From a virus (Duplodnaviria; Caudoviricetes): a stretch of DNA of 60,171 bases. The first letter of the stretch is position 1; each line of letters begins with the position of its first letter. The position numbers and the translations under genes were made by a program. Shown piece after piece: positions 19,598 through 28,909 of the stretch. The stretch is from positions 1 to 60,171 of IMG/VR virus record IMGVR_UViG_3300042887_002054. One strand, 5' to 3'. Below the pieces are notes generated by a model. It did not search any database. It was not told the origin of the DNA and worked only from the letters and a program-made list of their open reading frames with translations.

Positions 19598-20033
19598 TAT
19601 TTTTTAATTCATGAAAACCTTGAGCTGCTTGCTCAATGTAGTTTTCTGCTTTAGCAATGTGGTCTTGAATCCAGCCTGGGATATTACGTTCTGTATTTCC
19701 TAATTTTTGTCTTAATTCAACAATTGCTTCTGCAATAGCTTCTAAGCTAGAAACAGCCATAGCAACTTCATGATCTTCACCTTCTTCAAGGTTAGCAGCA
19801 ATTGCTTTACGACGCTTAGATAAGTATTTATCTGTCTTATCTACTTTACCATCATTGTTGATGTCGTCATCTTCTTTACCTACTGGATCTAGTCCTTCAG
19901 CTTTTGAAGCAGCTATAGCATACATAGCAGGGTCATTCTTTTTAAAATTTCCTGTTTTCTTTAATGCTTTAACTATTTTTTCTTCTTTAGCAGACAGATC
20001 GCGTTCAGATAATAAATCGGATAATTTAATCAT
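19590..20033 (-). CDS. MIKL-tag protein with an EF-hand-like loop
   Basis: MIKLSDLLSE start and DINNDGKVDKTD (DxNxDG) loop. Confidence 0.65.
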   Translation of the reverse strand: MIKLSDLLSERDLSAKEEKIVKALKKTGNFKKNDPAMYAIAASKAEGLDPVGKEDDDINNDGKVDKTDKYLSKRRKAIAANLEEGEDHEVAMAVSSLEAIAEAIVELRQKLGNTERNIPGWIQDHIAKAENYIEQAAQGFHELKNNG

Positions 20034-20038
20034 TATAA

Positions 20039-20494
20039 TTATTTTTTATCTTCAGCTTTCTTAGGAGCTTCTTTTTCTTCTTTTGGTTCTTCTTTTTCAG
20101 CTTTAGGAGCATCTTTTTTGTCAGCTTTTTTAGCTTTAGGCTCTTTTTTAGCTTTTTCGATTAGACCCATCATTTCTTTAATCTTTTCAGTTTCAGATTT
20201 GATTTTGCTATCAACATCACCGATTTGACTGTCTAACATTTCAGACAATTTAAAGTGTGCTTCTTTGATTTTTTCTAATTCATTCACATATTTTTGCATG
20301 TGAGCGTATTCAGCTACGAATGATTGGTCACCGCCTTCAGCGATTTGCAATTGGCCTAAAGATTCTTTCATTTTCTTTAAACCTTCCATTTCTTTCTTAA
20401 GGTGTACTAATTTTCCACCGCTTTTTGGTAATCCACCTTCTTTAGCTTCAGCTATTACTTGACGAATAACTTCGCGTACTTCTGATAATTTCAT
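20039..20494 (-). CDS. Charged coiled-coil protein
   Basis: MKLSEVREVIRQVIAE start, K/E/A-rich tail, late motif at 20512-20520. Confidence 0.6.
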   Translation of the reverse strand: MKLSEVREVIRQVIAEAKEGGLPKSGGKLVHLKKEMEGLKKMKESLGQLQIAEGGDQSFVAEYAHMQKYVNELEKIKEAHFKLSEMLDSQIGDVDSKIKSETEKIKEMMGLIEKAKKEPKAKKADKKDAPKAEKEEPKEEKEAPKKAEDKK

Positions 20495-20526
20495 TTTGTG
20501 TTGTTTATGTGTATAAATATGTTAAA

Positions 20527-23500
20527 TTACATGTTTCCAATTACTACTACCGCCTCGCATTGGTAGGTCCCATCAGGTAGTTGGTACATCTTAGTGTCTT
20601 TTTCTTCAAATCCAGCTGTTATACGTTGAACTCCCATCTTTTGCATTAAGTCTGCTTTAGCTTTAAGTAAAGCCTGTGTACGAGCAGTTGATTGGTTTGG
20701 TGATGCCGCAAATCCATACCCAGCTCCTTTAAAGTCCTTAAATTTAGCTAACTCTAGAGGTGCATCTTTTTGTATTTTTATCGTATCAACTTTTTGTTGA
20801 GGTTTAAATTTATTTTGTACAGCAGTGATGCCTGCTTTAACTTTATCTTTAAAAGTATTTTGGGCTTGTGCTAGTGATGGGGTACCCATCAAACCTAATG
20901 CTAACGCACCAGTTGCTATTGCTTTTTTAGCACTAATTTCATCTAATTGTTTTGTTAGCATAGTTTTTACTTCGTCTAAATGTTCAGGGTTATTATATAG
21001 ATAATCCTGTACAATATAACGACGAGCTTCTGCCAACCCACGTTGTGTTAACGCTTGTACTAAATCTGATGGAGAATTTAATGACATAGCAACATTACCT
21101 CCTTCATTACCTACTAATAAATAGTTACTATTTCCTGGTTGCACATTAATAGATGCTACAATTCTTGCACCTGGTAGACTAATAAAATAAATTTTGCTAT
21201 TACCTATAGCTATTGTTCTACCTACACGACCTCTAGTTCCTAACAGGTTATTACGACGAGCAACACCTCTATCGCCATTCGGTTCAACACGTCTAGCATC
21301 AGTAACATTTAATCTTCTTATAACGCTTCTTGGTAAACGTAAAAATGCTGTTTCTAATCCTGTATCACTCATTACTTCACGAACGTTAATATCACCGGGA
21401 GCTGCGGGTGCTGCTGCAGGGCGAGGTGTATTTGGTTGACCTGCTGGTCTACCTCTTCTACCTGTTGTTGCTGCTGTTGCTGCTGGAGCAGGTAAACCTA
21501 ACATAGCAGCAGCTTGAGCTGGTGAAATGTTAGCTTTAACTAATTTACCTGAAGCACCAGATACACCAAAACTTTCTCTTGGGTTTTGAGTATTAACTAT
21601 ATATCCAGTACCTTGGTACATTACAGGTTTCATTAAATTACCTTCAACCATTGGAGGGTTAGCTTCAATAATTGCATTAGTTACTCTAGCATTTGAATAA
21701 GATTGACCTGCTGATCTAACAGCATTAATTAATTCGTTATCGTTAAATCTTTTATTTTGAGTGGTTAAATAAGCATAATACGCTCTATATACTTCTGGAT
21801 CTGCTGAATAGCCTCCATTGCTTGGAACTACCCAATCACTATTATCTCCAAATACTGCTGTTTGTTGTAGACTAGCTATGCCTCTATTTGTAGACATTAC
21901 TAAAATCTTATTGTTTTCAGTAGTAATTACAACTGCAGGATTACCTCTCCATTCAACTATTCTTTTATCTAAAGGTATAGCTCTTAATACTGATATGAAT
22001 GAGTTTCTGTCTATATTTTTTGGGATTCTATCACCATATCTTATTAAAGCAAGGGCATTTTGTTGTAATCCTTCATTATTTTTAGCGTCGTCAAAAGCAG
22101 CTTGTACTTCTTCATTATCAAATGGTACAGGTAATATACCACCATCTTTATCAATTTTATAAGAAGCAAATGAATTTGAGTCTAATATAATTTCACCATC
22201 TTCTATTTGTTTAACTATAATAGCAGAGTTAGGATTAGTTTTAGCATCATCAAGTAATTTTGTAACTACATTTTTATCAATAACATCGTCCACAACTAAT
22301 TTCATTAAATTCTTAAATGGAATTTTATCTAATTCAGGATAATCAAGTAAAAATTTAGATGTACGTTTATTTAATTTAACGTTAGGATAATCATCTTCTT
22401 CAGTATACACACTCACACCAATATTATCTCCTAATTTTAATTTAACTATAGCAGATCCATCTTTAGTAACATATATTCTATCATCTGGTGTTATGTCCCA
22501 TTTATTTAAAGAGGTTATTAATTTTTTAACATCCCATGGAAAAATATCTGTTTGTAGATCTTTTAAATTAATTTTGTCTCTTAAATTAGCTGTAATTGAT
22601 CTTCTATCTTGATTAGAAAATTTATCTAGATTTTTTAGTAATTCTTTTGAATCTACAAGACCAGGTGTTACTGCTATAAAATTAGCAATTTGTGGATATT
22701 TAGGAAGATATTTTTCTACAAAAACACTATTACTAATATCACTAAAAAATTGACCTCTTGAACCTCTAACTACTAAATATTGTTTTTTAGTTTCAAATGG
22801 AAAATTAAGCCATTCTCTAATACCAATAGCATCATATGCATATTTTTGAGTAAGTTTTTCTTGACTAGAGATAGGAATATACTTCATAATGTTTTTAACA
22901 TTAGGAATATTACGTAACCAAGGAATTTCACTATTAAGTTGTTCCCAACTCATTGGATTTGATTCGTATGGACTATTTTTTCTATTAGTATAAACGTATC
23001 TTTCACTTTCTCTTTCAACATCTCTAACCTGAATAGCAACAAAGCTTAGTTTATTATCATCAGACAAACTATTATTTTTGGCTAAATAAAATACAGGATA
23101 TCCTCTACCACTTGAGTAGCGGTAGTTACTAAATGAGCCTCTAGTAATACACCATTTTTCTCCAGCACCATATTTAATACAGTTACCTTCTTTAGAACCA
23201 TTCCAAATAATATAAGGTTCTTCATGATATACTACATCAGGTGTATCGTCTTCTTTGTCAGGAGGAGCTTCAGCACCCGCTGATGATGTAACTAATTTAA
23301 TTAATTTTGATAAAGTATATTTACGTAAATCTTTATCTGTAACTTTAGGAGAATTTTTTAAAGCATCAAAACGTATAATGTAAGCTTTTAATTGTTCATC
23401 AGTAATTTCAATACCTAGATCATTAGCTTCTTCTCTAAATTGAGTCATTAATTTATTAATTTCCCCTTCAGAATATTCATTTAAAGGGAATAAATTATGA

Positions 23501-23535
23501 ACTACGTGTAATATAAATTTATCTATTGGTCTCAT
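20527..23535 (-). CDS. Large multidomain protein (1002 aa), probable internal virion protein
   Basis: GxGxKWCIT domain, RRGRP within an Ala/Pro linker, and a C-terminal module that starts with a signal-peptide-like stretch. Confidence 0.6.
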   Translation of the reverse strand: MRPIDKFILHVVHNLFPLNEYSEGEINKLMTQFREEANDLGIEITDEQLKAYIIRFDALKNSPKVTDKDLRKYTLSKLIKLVTSSAGAEAPPDKEDDTPDVVYHEEPYIIWNGSKEGNCIKYGAGEKWCITRGSFSNYRYSSGRGYPVFYLAKNNSLSDDNKLSFVAIQVRDVERESERYVYTNRKNSPYESNPMSWEQLNSEIPWLRNIPNVKNIMKYIPISSQEKLTQKYAYDAIGIREWLNFPFETKKQYLVVRGSRGQFFSDISNSVFVEKYLPKYPQIANFIAVTPGLVDSKELLKNLDKFSNQDRRSITANLRDKINLKDLQTDIFPWDVKKLITSLNKWDITPDDRIYVTKDGSAIVKLKLGDNIGVSVYTEEDDYPNVKLNKRTSKFLLDYPELDKIPFKNLMKLVVDDVIDKNVVTKLLDDAKTNPNSAIIVKQIEDGEIILDSNSFASYKIDKDGGILPVPFDNEEVQAAFDDAKNNEGLQQNALALIRYGDRIPKNIDRNSFISVLRAIPLDKRIVEWRGNPAVVITTENNKILVMSTNRGIASLQQTAVFGDNSDWVVPSNGGYSADPEVYRAYYAYLTTQNKRFNDNELINAVRSAGQSYSNARVTNAIIEANPPMVEGNLMKPVMYQGTGYIVNTQNPRESFGVSGASGKLVKANISPAQAAAMLGLPAPAATAATTGRRGRPAGQPNTPRPAAAPAAPGDINVREVMSDTGLETAFLRLPRSVIRRLNVTDARRVEPNGDRGVARRNNLLGTRGRVGRTIAIGNSKIYFISLPGARIVASINVQPGNSNYLLVGNEGGNVAMSLNSPSDLVQALTQRGLAEARRYIVQDYLYNNPEHLDEVKTMLTKQLDEISAKKAIATGALALGLMGTPSLAQAQNTFKDKVKAGITAVQNKFKPQQKVDTIKIQKDAPLELAKFKDFKGAGYGFAASPNQSTARTQALLKAKADLMQKMGVQRITAGFEEKDTKMYQLPDGTYQCEAVVVIGNM

Positions 23536-23957
23536 TATTTATTAAACTTTACTTTTGCTTTATCTGTATTAGGTACAAATTGTTTACCTTTTTTAGATCC
23601 AGCTACTTTTTTACGAGATGTAGCAGCGCGTTCAGCTTTAGTTAAACTATTTGCTTTAGCGCGAGGCAAACAACGAGTTGTTGCTTTACCTTTTTTCATT
23701 GTACCACAAGGACCAGTTATATTACCTGCTGTATCAATACGAACCCAATCTTCTTTTTTAAACCAATCACGAAGTGATTCGTGTAAATCTAAATCGTCTT
23801 CTTCCATTAATCCTTTACACACTTTAACAGCACGACCAGAAAGATAAGCTGATGGTTTTTCACCAGCAGCTCTACGACGATTGTAATAAGCTTTGCCTTT
23901 TTTACAAAGTTTCTTTTCAGTTATTACATCTTGTAATATTTCAGTTAATTTTATCAT
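23535..23957 (-). CDS. Basic Cys-containing MIKL-tag protein
   Basis: Start at MIKLTEIL (ATG 23957). Contains LRDWFKKEDWV...PCG...RCLP. Confidence 0.65.
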   Translation of the reverse strand: MIKLTEILQDVITEKKLCKKGKAYYNRRRAAGEKPSAYLSGRAVKVCKGLMEEDDLDLHESLRDWFKKEDWVRIDTAGNITGPCGTMKKGKATTRCLPRAKANSLTKAERAATSRKKVAGSKKGKQFVPNTDKAKVKFNK

Positions 23958-23958
23958 A

Positions 23959-24336
23959 TTACCATTTTCTACAAGACCAGTATCTAGCTTTAGTACGTGG
24001 TCCTGGGTTAGCACAATTATGTCTTGCTCTAAAAGCTCTACGTCTTACAGGATTATTTTTCTTAATATTCATCCCTTTAGCACCAAAGTTAACTTTTACA
24101 ACTTTACCTGTTTTAGGATTTTTAACATATACCTTAAATTTCTTACTATCGCCACGCATTGGTTTACCTAATGGTACAGTACGACCTTGATATTCCGCTT
24201 CAAGTAAACATGGACAATCAGCTTCGTTAAGCTCTTGTTGATATGATTCCATAAACTCGACAAATTCTCTTATGTCTTGTTCATTTTCTACATCATATTC
24301 TTCTATTTCTTCTAGAATTTCTAATAATTTAATCAT
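23959..24336 (-). CDS. MIKL-tag protein with acidic N-terminus and basic VNFG...RARHNC...YWSC domain
   Basis: The basic domain is a motif set often seen in large DNA viruses. It is separated from the acidic leader by LLE. Confidence 0.7.
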   Translation of the reverse strand: MIKLLEILEEIEEYDVENEQDIREFVEFMESYQQELNEADCPCLLEAEYQGRTVPLGKPMRGDSKKFKVYVKNPKTGKVVKVNFGAKGMNIKKNNPVRRRAFRARHNCANPGPRTKARYWSCRKW

Positions 24337-24342
24337 AATTTA

Positions 24343-24573
24343 TTATTTTGGAAGCCACCAATTACAACAGTATTCATCAGCAGGGTAAGGTATTTCAGCT
24401 TTACCATCATGCCAAGTCAACCAATATTTACTATTACATTTATTACCTTCAGCAACCCAGAATTTACAGTTAGCACACATTGAACCACCTTTAGTTACAC
24501 GCATTCCTGGTTGGTGATCTGCTGGGTATTCAGCTGGTCCTTCATTTAGTATTAATTCTGATAGTTTAATCAT
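24343..24573 (-). CDS. MIKL-tag protein with HiPIP-like Cys pattern
   Basis: CANCKFW-x6-C...YCCNWW. Confidence 0.6.
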   Translation of the reverse strand: MIKLSELILNEGPAEYPADHQPGMRVTKGGSMCANCKFWVAEGNKCNSKYWLTWHDGKAEIPYPADEYCCNWWLPK

Positions 24574-24845
24574 TACATATTATTTTTTAAATCAGATCCA
24601 TTAGCTGACATTATTGGACTATCTTCACCGCCAAACACACCTGGTGTGTGGTGATCAAATTGATTTTTATCATTTGCAAAAGTAGTGTGTTTCATTATTT
24701 CACCTATACTATCACTAATATCTTTACGGTCATTAGACTTTAAAGCAAAGGTAGCATGTTTAATAATCAATTTTAAATGATCATTAAGATGCATATCAAC
24801 ATCTGTTATTTCACCTTCATTAAGTATATCTAACAATTTTATCAT
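24573..24845 (-). CDS. MIKL-tag hypothetical protein
   Basis: MIKLLDILNE start, coupled on both sides. Confidence 0.6.
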   Translation of the reverse strand: MIKLLDILNEGEITDVDMHLNDHLKLIIKHATFALKSNDRKDISDSIGEIMKHTTFANDKNQFDHHTPGVFGGEDSPIMSANGSDLKNNM

Positions 24846-25120
24846 ATACTCCCAATACGCTTATCAGTTAAATACTTAATTTCGGTACGTAATGCTGCTA
24901 CTTCAGCTACTAAATCTAGTATTTGAGCACGCATTTCATCTTTTTCTTGGGATGATCTTTCTAATAGTGCTTCTAACTTAGAAATACGATCTTTGCAGTC
25001 ATGGCGAATAAATTCATCATCGCGTTCTTTGCGTTGTGCACGCTTTTCGTAATATCTAAAGGCTGATGTACCACTCAAAACCGTAATTGCTGTGATAAGT
25101 ACCGACCAAACGTTGTCCAT
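24842..25120 (-). CDS. Single-TM coiled-coil protein (possible holin-like)
   Basis: N-terminal hydrophobic helix plus coiled coil. Late motif at 25149-25157. Confidence 0.5.
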   Translation of the reverse strand: MDNVWSVLITAITVLSGTSAFRYYEKRAQRKERDDEFIRHDCKDRISKLEALLERSSQEKDEMRAQILDLVAEVAALRTEIKYLTDKRIGSI

Positions 25121-25156
25121 TAAAGAAAAATTTATAGTGAGTTATGACTATAAATA

Positions 25157-25747
25157 TTAGTAGCCTACTATATCTTTTAGACTTTGTATGTATTCTTGTA
25201 GATCTTCGATCATTTGTGTAGTATCTATATTTCCACCACGCCATTCTTCAATATCACCCGCTTCAGTAACAAATGATTCTTTACTTGCGCCTAATGATAA
25301 TTCTAACAATAGATCTTCCATCTCTTTAATATGAGTTTTAATACCAGAATGAACCATGTTACGTTGGTATTCTTCAAATTTACCTATACGCTTTAATTCA
25401 GATTCCATATTAATAACACAATCAAAACATTTACCATGTAATGGCCACATCTTTTTATTTAATAGGTTATTAGCCATTGCCTTACTACAATTAGGACAAA
25501 TAATAGGTAATAATAATGATTTTTTAATACTGTCTAAACGTGTGATTGTTTGTTTAAGGCCATTTTTAATAGTCCAATTTTTACCATTTTCTTCCCAAAC
25601 ATCACCTTCTTTATGTTCAATATGTTGTTTAGTATAACCAGTTTGTGTTGAGGTCTTATCACCATAGTTTTTAGTAATAAGATTACGCATGCGTTGTACA
25701 TCGCGTTGTTTAAAATCTTTTTGTAACCTTGATTCTTTTTCTTCCAT
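25157..25747 (-). CDS. Zn-finger hypothetical protein
   Basis: CPNC...CFDC. Confidence 0.65.
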   Translation of the reverse strand: MEEKESRLQKDFKQRDVQRMRNLITKNYGDKTSTQTGYTKQHIEHKEGDVWEENGKNWTIKNGLKQTITRLDSIKKSLLLPIICPNCSKAMANNLLNKKMWPLHGKCFDCVINMESELKRIGKFEEYQRNMVHSGIKTHIKEMEDLLLELSLGASKESFVTEAGDIEEWRGGNIDTTQMIEDLQEYIQSLKDIVGY

Positions 25748-26214
25748 TATAACCCTAATTTTTTAAGTTCTTTTATTGTATTAGCCGCTGATGTATGTAA
25801 TATTCCTATACCACCTGCGTTATTCCATTCTTTAATAGTTTGTTCCATATCATCAATTAGTATTTTACCTTCAGCAGCAAATAACATTTTTTGTGCTCTT
25901 GGATATAATAATAATTTTCTATATTCACCCGGTATATGCATTTTAACCCAATCGTCTTTACCTACTCGAGATGAAGGATCCATAGAAGGAGCTGATAAAA
26001 GATATGGTTTATATTTTTTAATATAATTCCACAATGTTTGTCCATCAGACATCCAATCTAAATTAGCCCAAAACGATGCACCAGCATCCGATATTGGTTT
26101 CCAAAACTCTTTTTTGCCATTAAATGATTTAGATGGTTTTGTGTTTGTTAAATCAGCATAACCTTTTTCAAAATCGGCAAGGACTCCGTCCATGTCGCAG
26201 TAAATTGTGTACAT
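25747..26214 (-). CDS. HAD-family 5'(3')-deoxyribonucleotidase-like protein
   Basis: DMDGVL motif I, LSAP, K and LIDD motif IV. Confidence 0.88.
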   Translation of the reverse strand: MYTIYCDMDGVLADFEKGYADLTNTKPSKSFNGKKEFWKPISDAGASFWANLDWMSDGQTLWNYIKKYKPYLLSAPSMDPSSRVGKDDWVKMHIPGEYRKLLLYPRAQKMLFAAEGKILIDDMEQTIKEWNNAGGIGILHTSAANTIKELKKLGL

Positions 26215-26216
26215 AA

Positions 26217-28238
26217 CTATTTTTTATTTTTAAGCATTGCTTTAATTAAGTCAATATGTCCTTCTCCTGCAGTAGCTATTACTTTGTAACCTCTACTTTC
26301 ATATTTCTTTAGTTTTGATAATAAGTTTTCATCTCTAGCTTCGTTAAAAGCATCAGCTACCTTAGCTACTTTTGTATACTTGTCTCCATAATCTGCTGGA
26401 AAAGAAAGTCTATATAAGGTATCGTAGTCTTTAGCTGTTGGTTCGGATAAATTATCTGAAAGTGGTAATTCGGCTTCTTGTGCTGCTGCTTTCAAAAACT
26501 TAATACCTTCTGTACTTAAGTAATCTTCTGGAGCGAAATCTGCTACTGATTGGCCTTGTAAAATATTTTGTCCAACCATACTAGCCCAATTAGCTGCTAA
26601 TATTTTACTACGAGAAAGACCTGTTTTTTCTTTTTGAATTTTGTACAAAAGGGATTGGTCATTCATTACATTTAAATCAGAACCATCCCATGAATCATTA
26701 ACTAGGTTTTTAAAGTAAGAACTTAATTCATCATAAATCATTTCTTGCTCACTACCTGCTACATACTTGTCATTATCATCCCCACCTTCTCCCATAAATG
26801 CTACCTTATCGTCAGGTGAAAAATTTTTCTTAACATAATCTACAACTTGTTTTGCATCTGACTCACTGTAATGCTCAACTCCAAAAATAATAGAATTACC
26901 AATAGGAAGTTGTTGAACTTCCTTTAAAATATTTTTTTTTGTAGCTGTTAGCTTTACCATTTTTTTATGTTCGTAAATACTATTATTTATCTTTCCAAAG
27001 TTTCTTAATAATACACCAGCCATTGCATTTGCTTCATCTTCAATAGGTGAACCAGTTTTACCGCTATTAATATCAAGACGACCATCTTCTTCTTGTTTAC
27101 GATGAATCAGTTCATGTGCCAATGTTCTCAATATGTCAGCCATGTTTCTATTCTTAACATAAACCCAAATCTTATTACTACTTGGATCAAAATAACCAAA
27201 ACTACGTTTTTCTTTTGCTTTGTCGTTATCGTAAGATAAAGTTAAGTTACTTGGAAGATTTTGCAACCCCAAGTTTTTAACTGAATATTTAATAAATTCA
27301 CCAATAGTCGCTGTTTGACTTTCGTTTAATCTACCTTCAGTTAAGTAAAATGCTTTTTCATTAGGCATATCAATTGTAGCCAATAATACTTTAGGTTCTT
27401 GACCTGCTTGTTTATATTTTCTTAATGTATCATTACCTGAAGCTAAGTAATAATTATCTTTATCATAATTCAATACTAATGCAGGATCTGTTGGTAATTC
27501 ACCACTATATTTACCTTTAATATTATATGAATCACTATTTTCTAATTTAGACCAAATATCATCTGATAAAAGGACCATACCACCAGCTGTAAAAGCATAT
27601 TTTAAATCTTCAAGAGGAATATTAAATTTTTCTGCTGTACGTTCAATATTACTTGCTTCTTTAGCTACATAAGCTGTGAAAGTATCATCTGTAGTTTGGT
27701 GATTAATTTCTATTAATGGCTTTTCAAGTACACCTAAAAAATCTTGCACATTAATACCTGTAGGGATAAATTTTTCAACTTCAGTTGGGTTTTTACCTAC
27801 TAATGCTGTTCTTAAACCAGTAGCGTTTACGCCTTCTCCTGCTATACCTGCATCAAATACTTTTACATTAGGAAATTGCAATGCACTTTTAAAACGATCT
27901 ACTTCACCTTTACCTGCAGCTAAAATAAAATTAGTATCAGGATTATCTTTAACAACGTTATAAACTTCTCTAATAGGACTTTCTTCAGTTAATTTTACTT
28001 CAACAGAACCATTCATTATTGTTTTATATAAATTCCATACAGCAACACTTTCATCAGCGTCAACACCATCACGAGTTTTAGGTGATACTAATATCACTAC
28101 TTGGTCTGCTTTATTTAGTAATTGTTGGACTACTTCAAAGTGACCTTTGTGTGGTGGTTTAAATGCACCTGGAAACAAAGCAATTGTTTGTTTGTCTGTT
28201 TCTAATAATACTTCTGCTATATATTGTCCTAAATTCAT
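26217..28238 (-). CDS. Multidomain protein: HxGH nucleotidyltransferase, unknown domain, HExxH metallopeptidase-like and TraB/Tiki-like domains
   Basis: FPGAFKPPHKGH...NATGLR, then RTLAHELIHRKQ...EDEAN, then FGVEH...GEG...ARD...GEGH. Start 28238 couples with the upstream stop (TAATG). Confidence 0.7.
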   Translation of the reverse strand: MNLGQYIAEVLLETDKQTIALFPGAFKPPHKGHFEVVQQLLNKADQVVILVSPKTRDGVDADESVAVWNLYKTIMNGSVEVKLTEESPIREVYNVVKDNPDTNFILAAGKGEVDRFKSALQFPNVKVFDAGIAGEGVNATGLRTALVGKNPTEVEKFIPTGINVQDFLGVLEKPLIEINHQTTDDTFTAYVAKEASNIERTAEKFNIPLEDLKYAFTAGGMVLLSDDIWSKLENSDSYNIKGKYSGELPTDPALVLNYDKDNYYLASGNDTLRKYKQAGQEPKVLLATIDMPNEKAFYLTEGRLNESQTATIGEFIKYSVKNLGLQNLPSNLTLSYDNDKAKEKRSFGYFDPSSNKIWVYVKNRNMADILRTLAHELIHRKQEEDGRLDINSGKTGSPIEDEANAMAGVLLRNFGKINNSIYEHKKMVKLTATKKNILKEVQQLPIGNSIIFGVEHYSESDAKQVVDYVKKNFSPDDKVAFMGEGGDDNDKYVAGSEQEMIYDELSSYFKNLVNDSWDGSDLNVMNDQSLLYKIQKEKTGLSRSKILAANWASMVGQNILQGQSVADFAPEDYLSTEGIKFLKAAAQEAELPLSDNLSEPTAKDYDTLYRLSFPADYGDKYTKVAKVADAFNEARDENLLSKLKKYESRGYKVIATAGEGHIDLIKAMLKNKK

Positions 28239-28909
28239 TATTTCATCCATTTTTTATCTGTGGTGAATTGAAAATTTTTATCTATATTTTCGTCTGTAGG
28301 TTGATAATATTGTTTATCTCCTGCTTTAATTAATTTATATTCTCCTAATTCTTTTTTCAAATAATCAAATAATTCTTGATCATTATTAAAAGTAATTTTT
28401 TGATCTGTTTGAGCTTTACCTCTAATAACAGGATATAATGCCGGTACTTTTTTCCACTGCATTATTTTTCTAAAAGATTGGATCGCGTCTGGATTTAGTA
28501 TATTTAATTCAGATCCACTAATAAGAGCATCTGTACCTTCTTGTCTAAGTTTATCAAATGCTTCTTTACCAATATTATGTAAATCAGATTTATTTATAAC
28601 TTTAGCGTTAGATTTTAATCTCATTTCATACATAAATCCTTCTTTAGCATATTCACTATAAAAGCCTGTATAATTCATGGGACAAAAAGAATCTCTACAT
28701 TCTTTATCTTTACCAAAGTAAATACCAATACCACTTTGAGATCCAGTATTACCTTCACCAGCTGCTTTAGCAGACATAAATTCTTTACCCTTATTTTGCC
28801 TAAATAAAGGATCTAAATCACCTTGATCAATATCAGCAGTTGAACCATGATACCAAATACCACCAACATCTCCATCAATTTCTTTTAATATGTCTAGTAA
28901 TTTAATCAC
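28238..28909 (-). CDS. Putative ADP-ribosyltransferase-fold protein with MIKL tag
   Basis: WYHGS...GIGIYF...Y...ELNILNPDAI resembles the H-Y-E ART pattern. GTG start. Confidence 0.55.
   Translation of the reverse strand: MIKLLDILKEIDGDVGGIWYHGSTADIDQGDLDPLFRQNKGKEFMSAKAAGEGNTGSQSGIGIYFGKDKECRDSFCPMNYTGFYSEYAKEGFMYEMRLKSNAKVINKSDLHNIGKEAFDKLRQEGTDALISGSELNILNPDAIQSFRKIMQWKKVPALYPVIRGKAQTDQKITFNNDQELFDYLKKELGEYKLIKAGDKQYYQPTDENIDKNFQFTTDKKWMK

Noticed and set aside
12141-25244. Minus-strand alternative-frame ORFs 12141-12431, 15714-15980 and 25056-25244
   Set aside because: They overlap better-supported genes in another frame and lack promoters or motifs.
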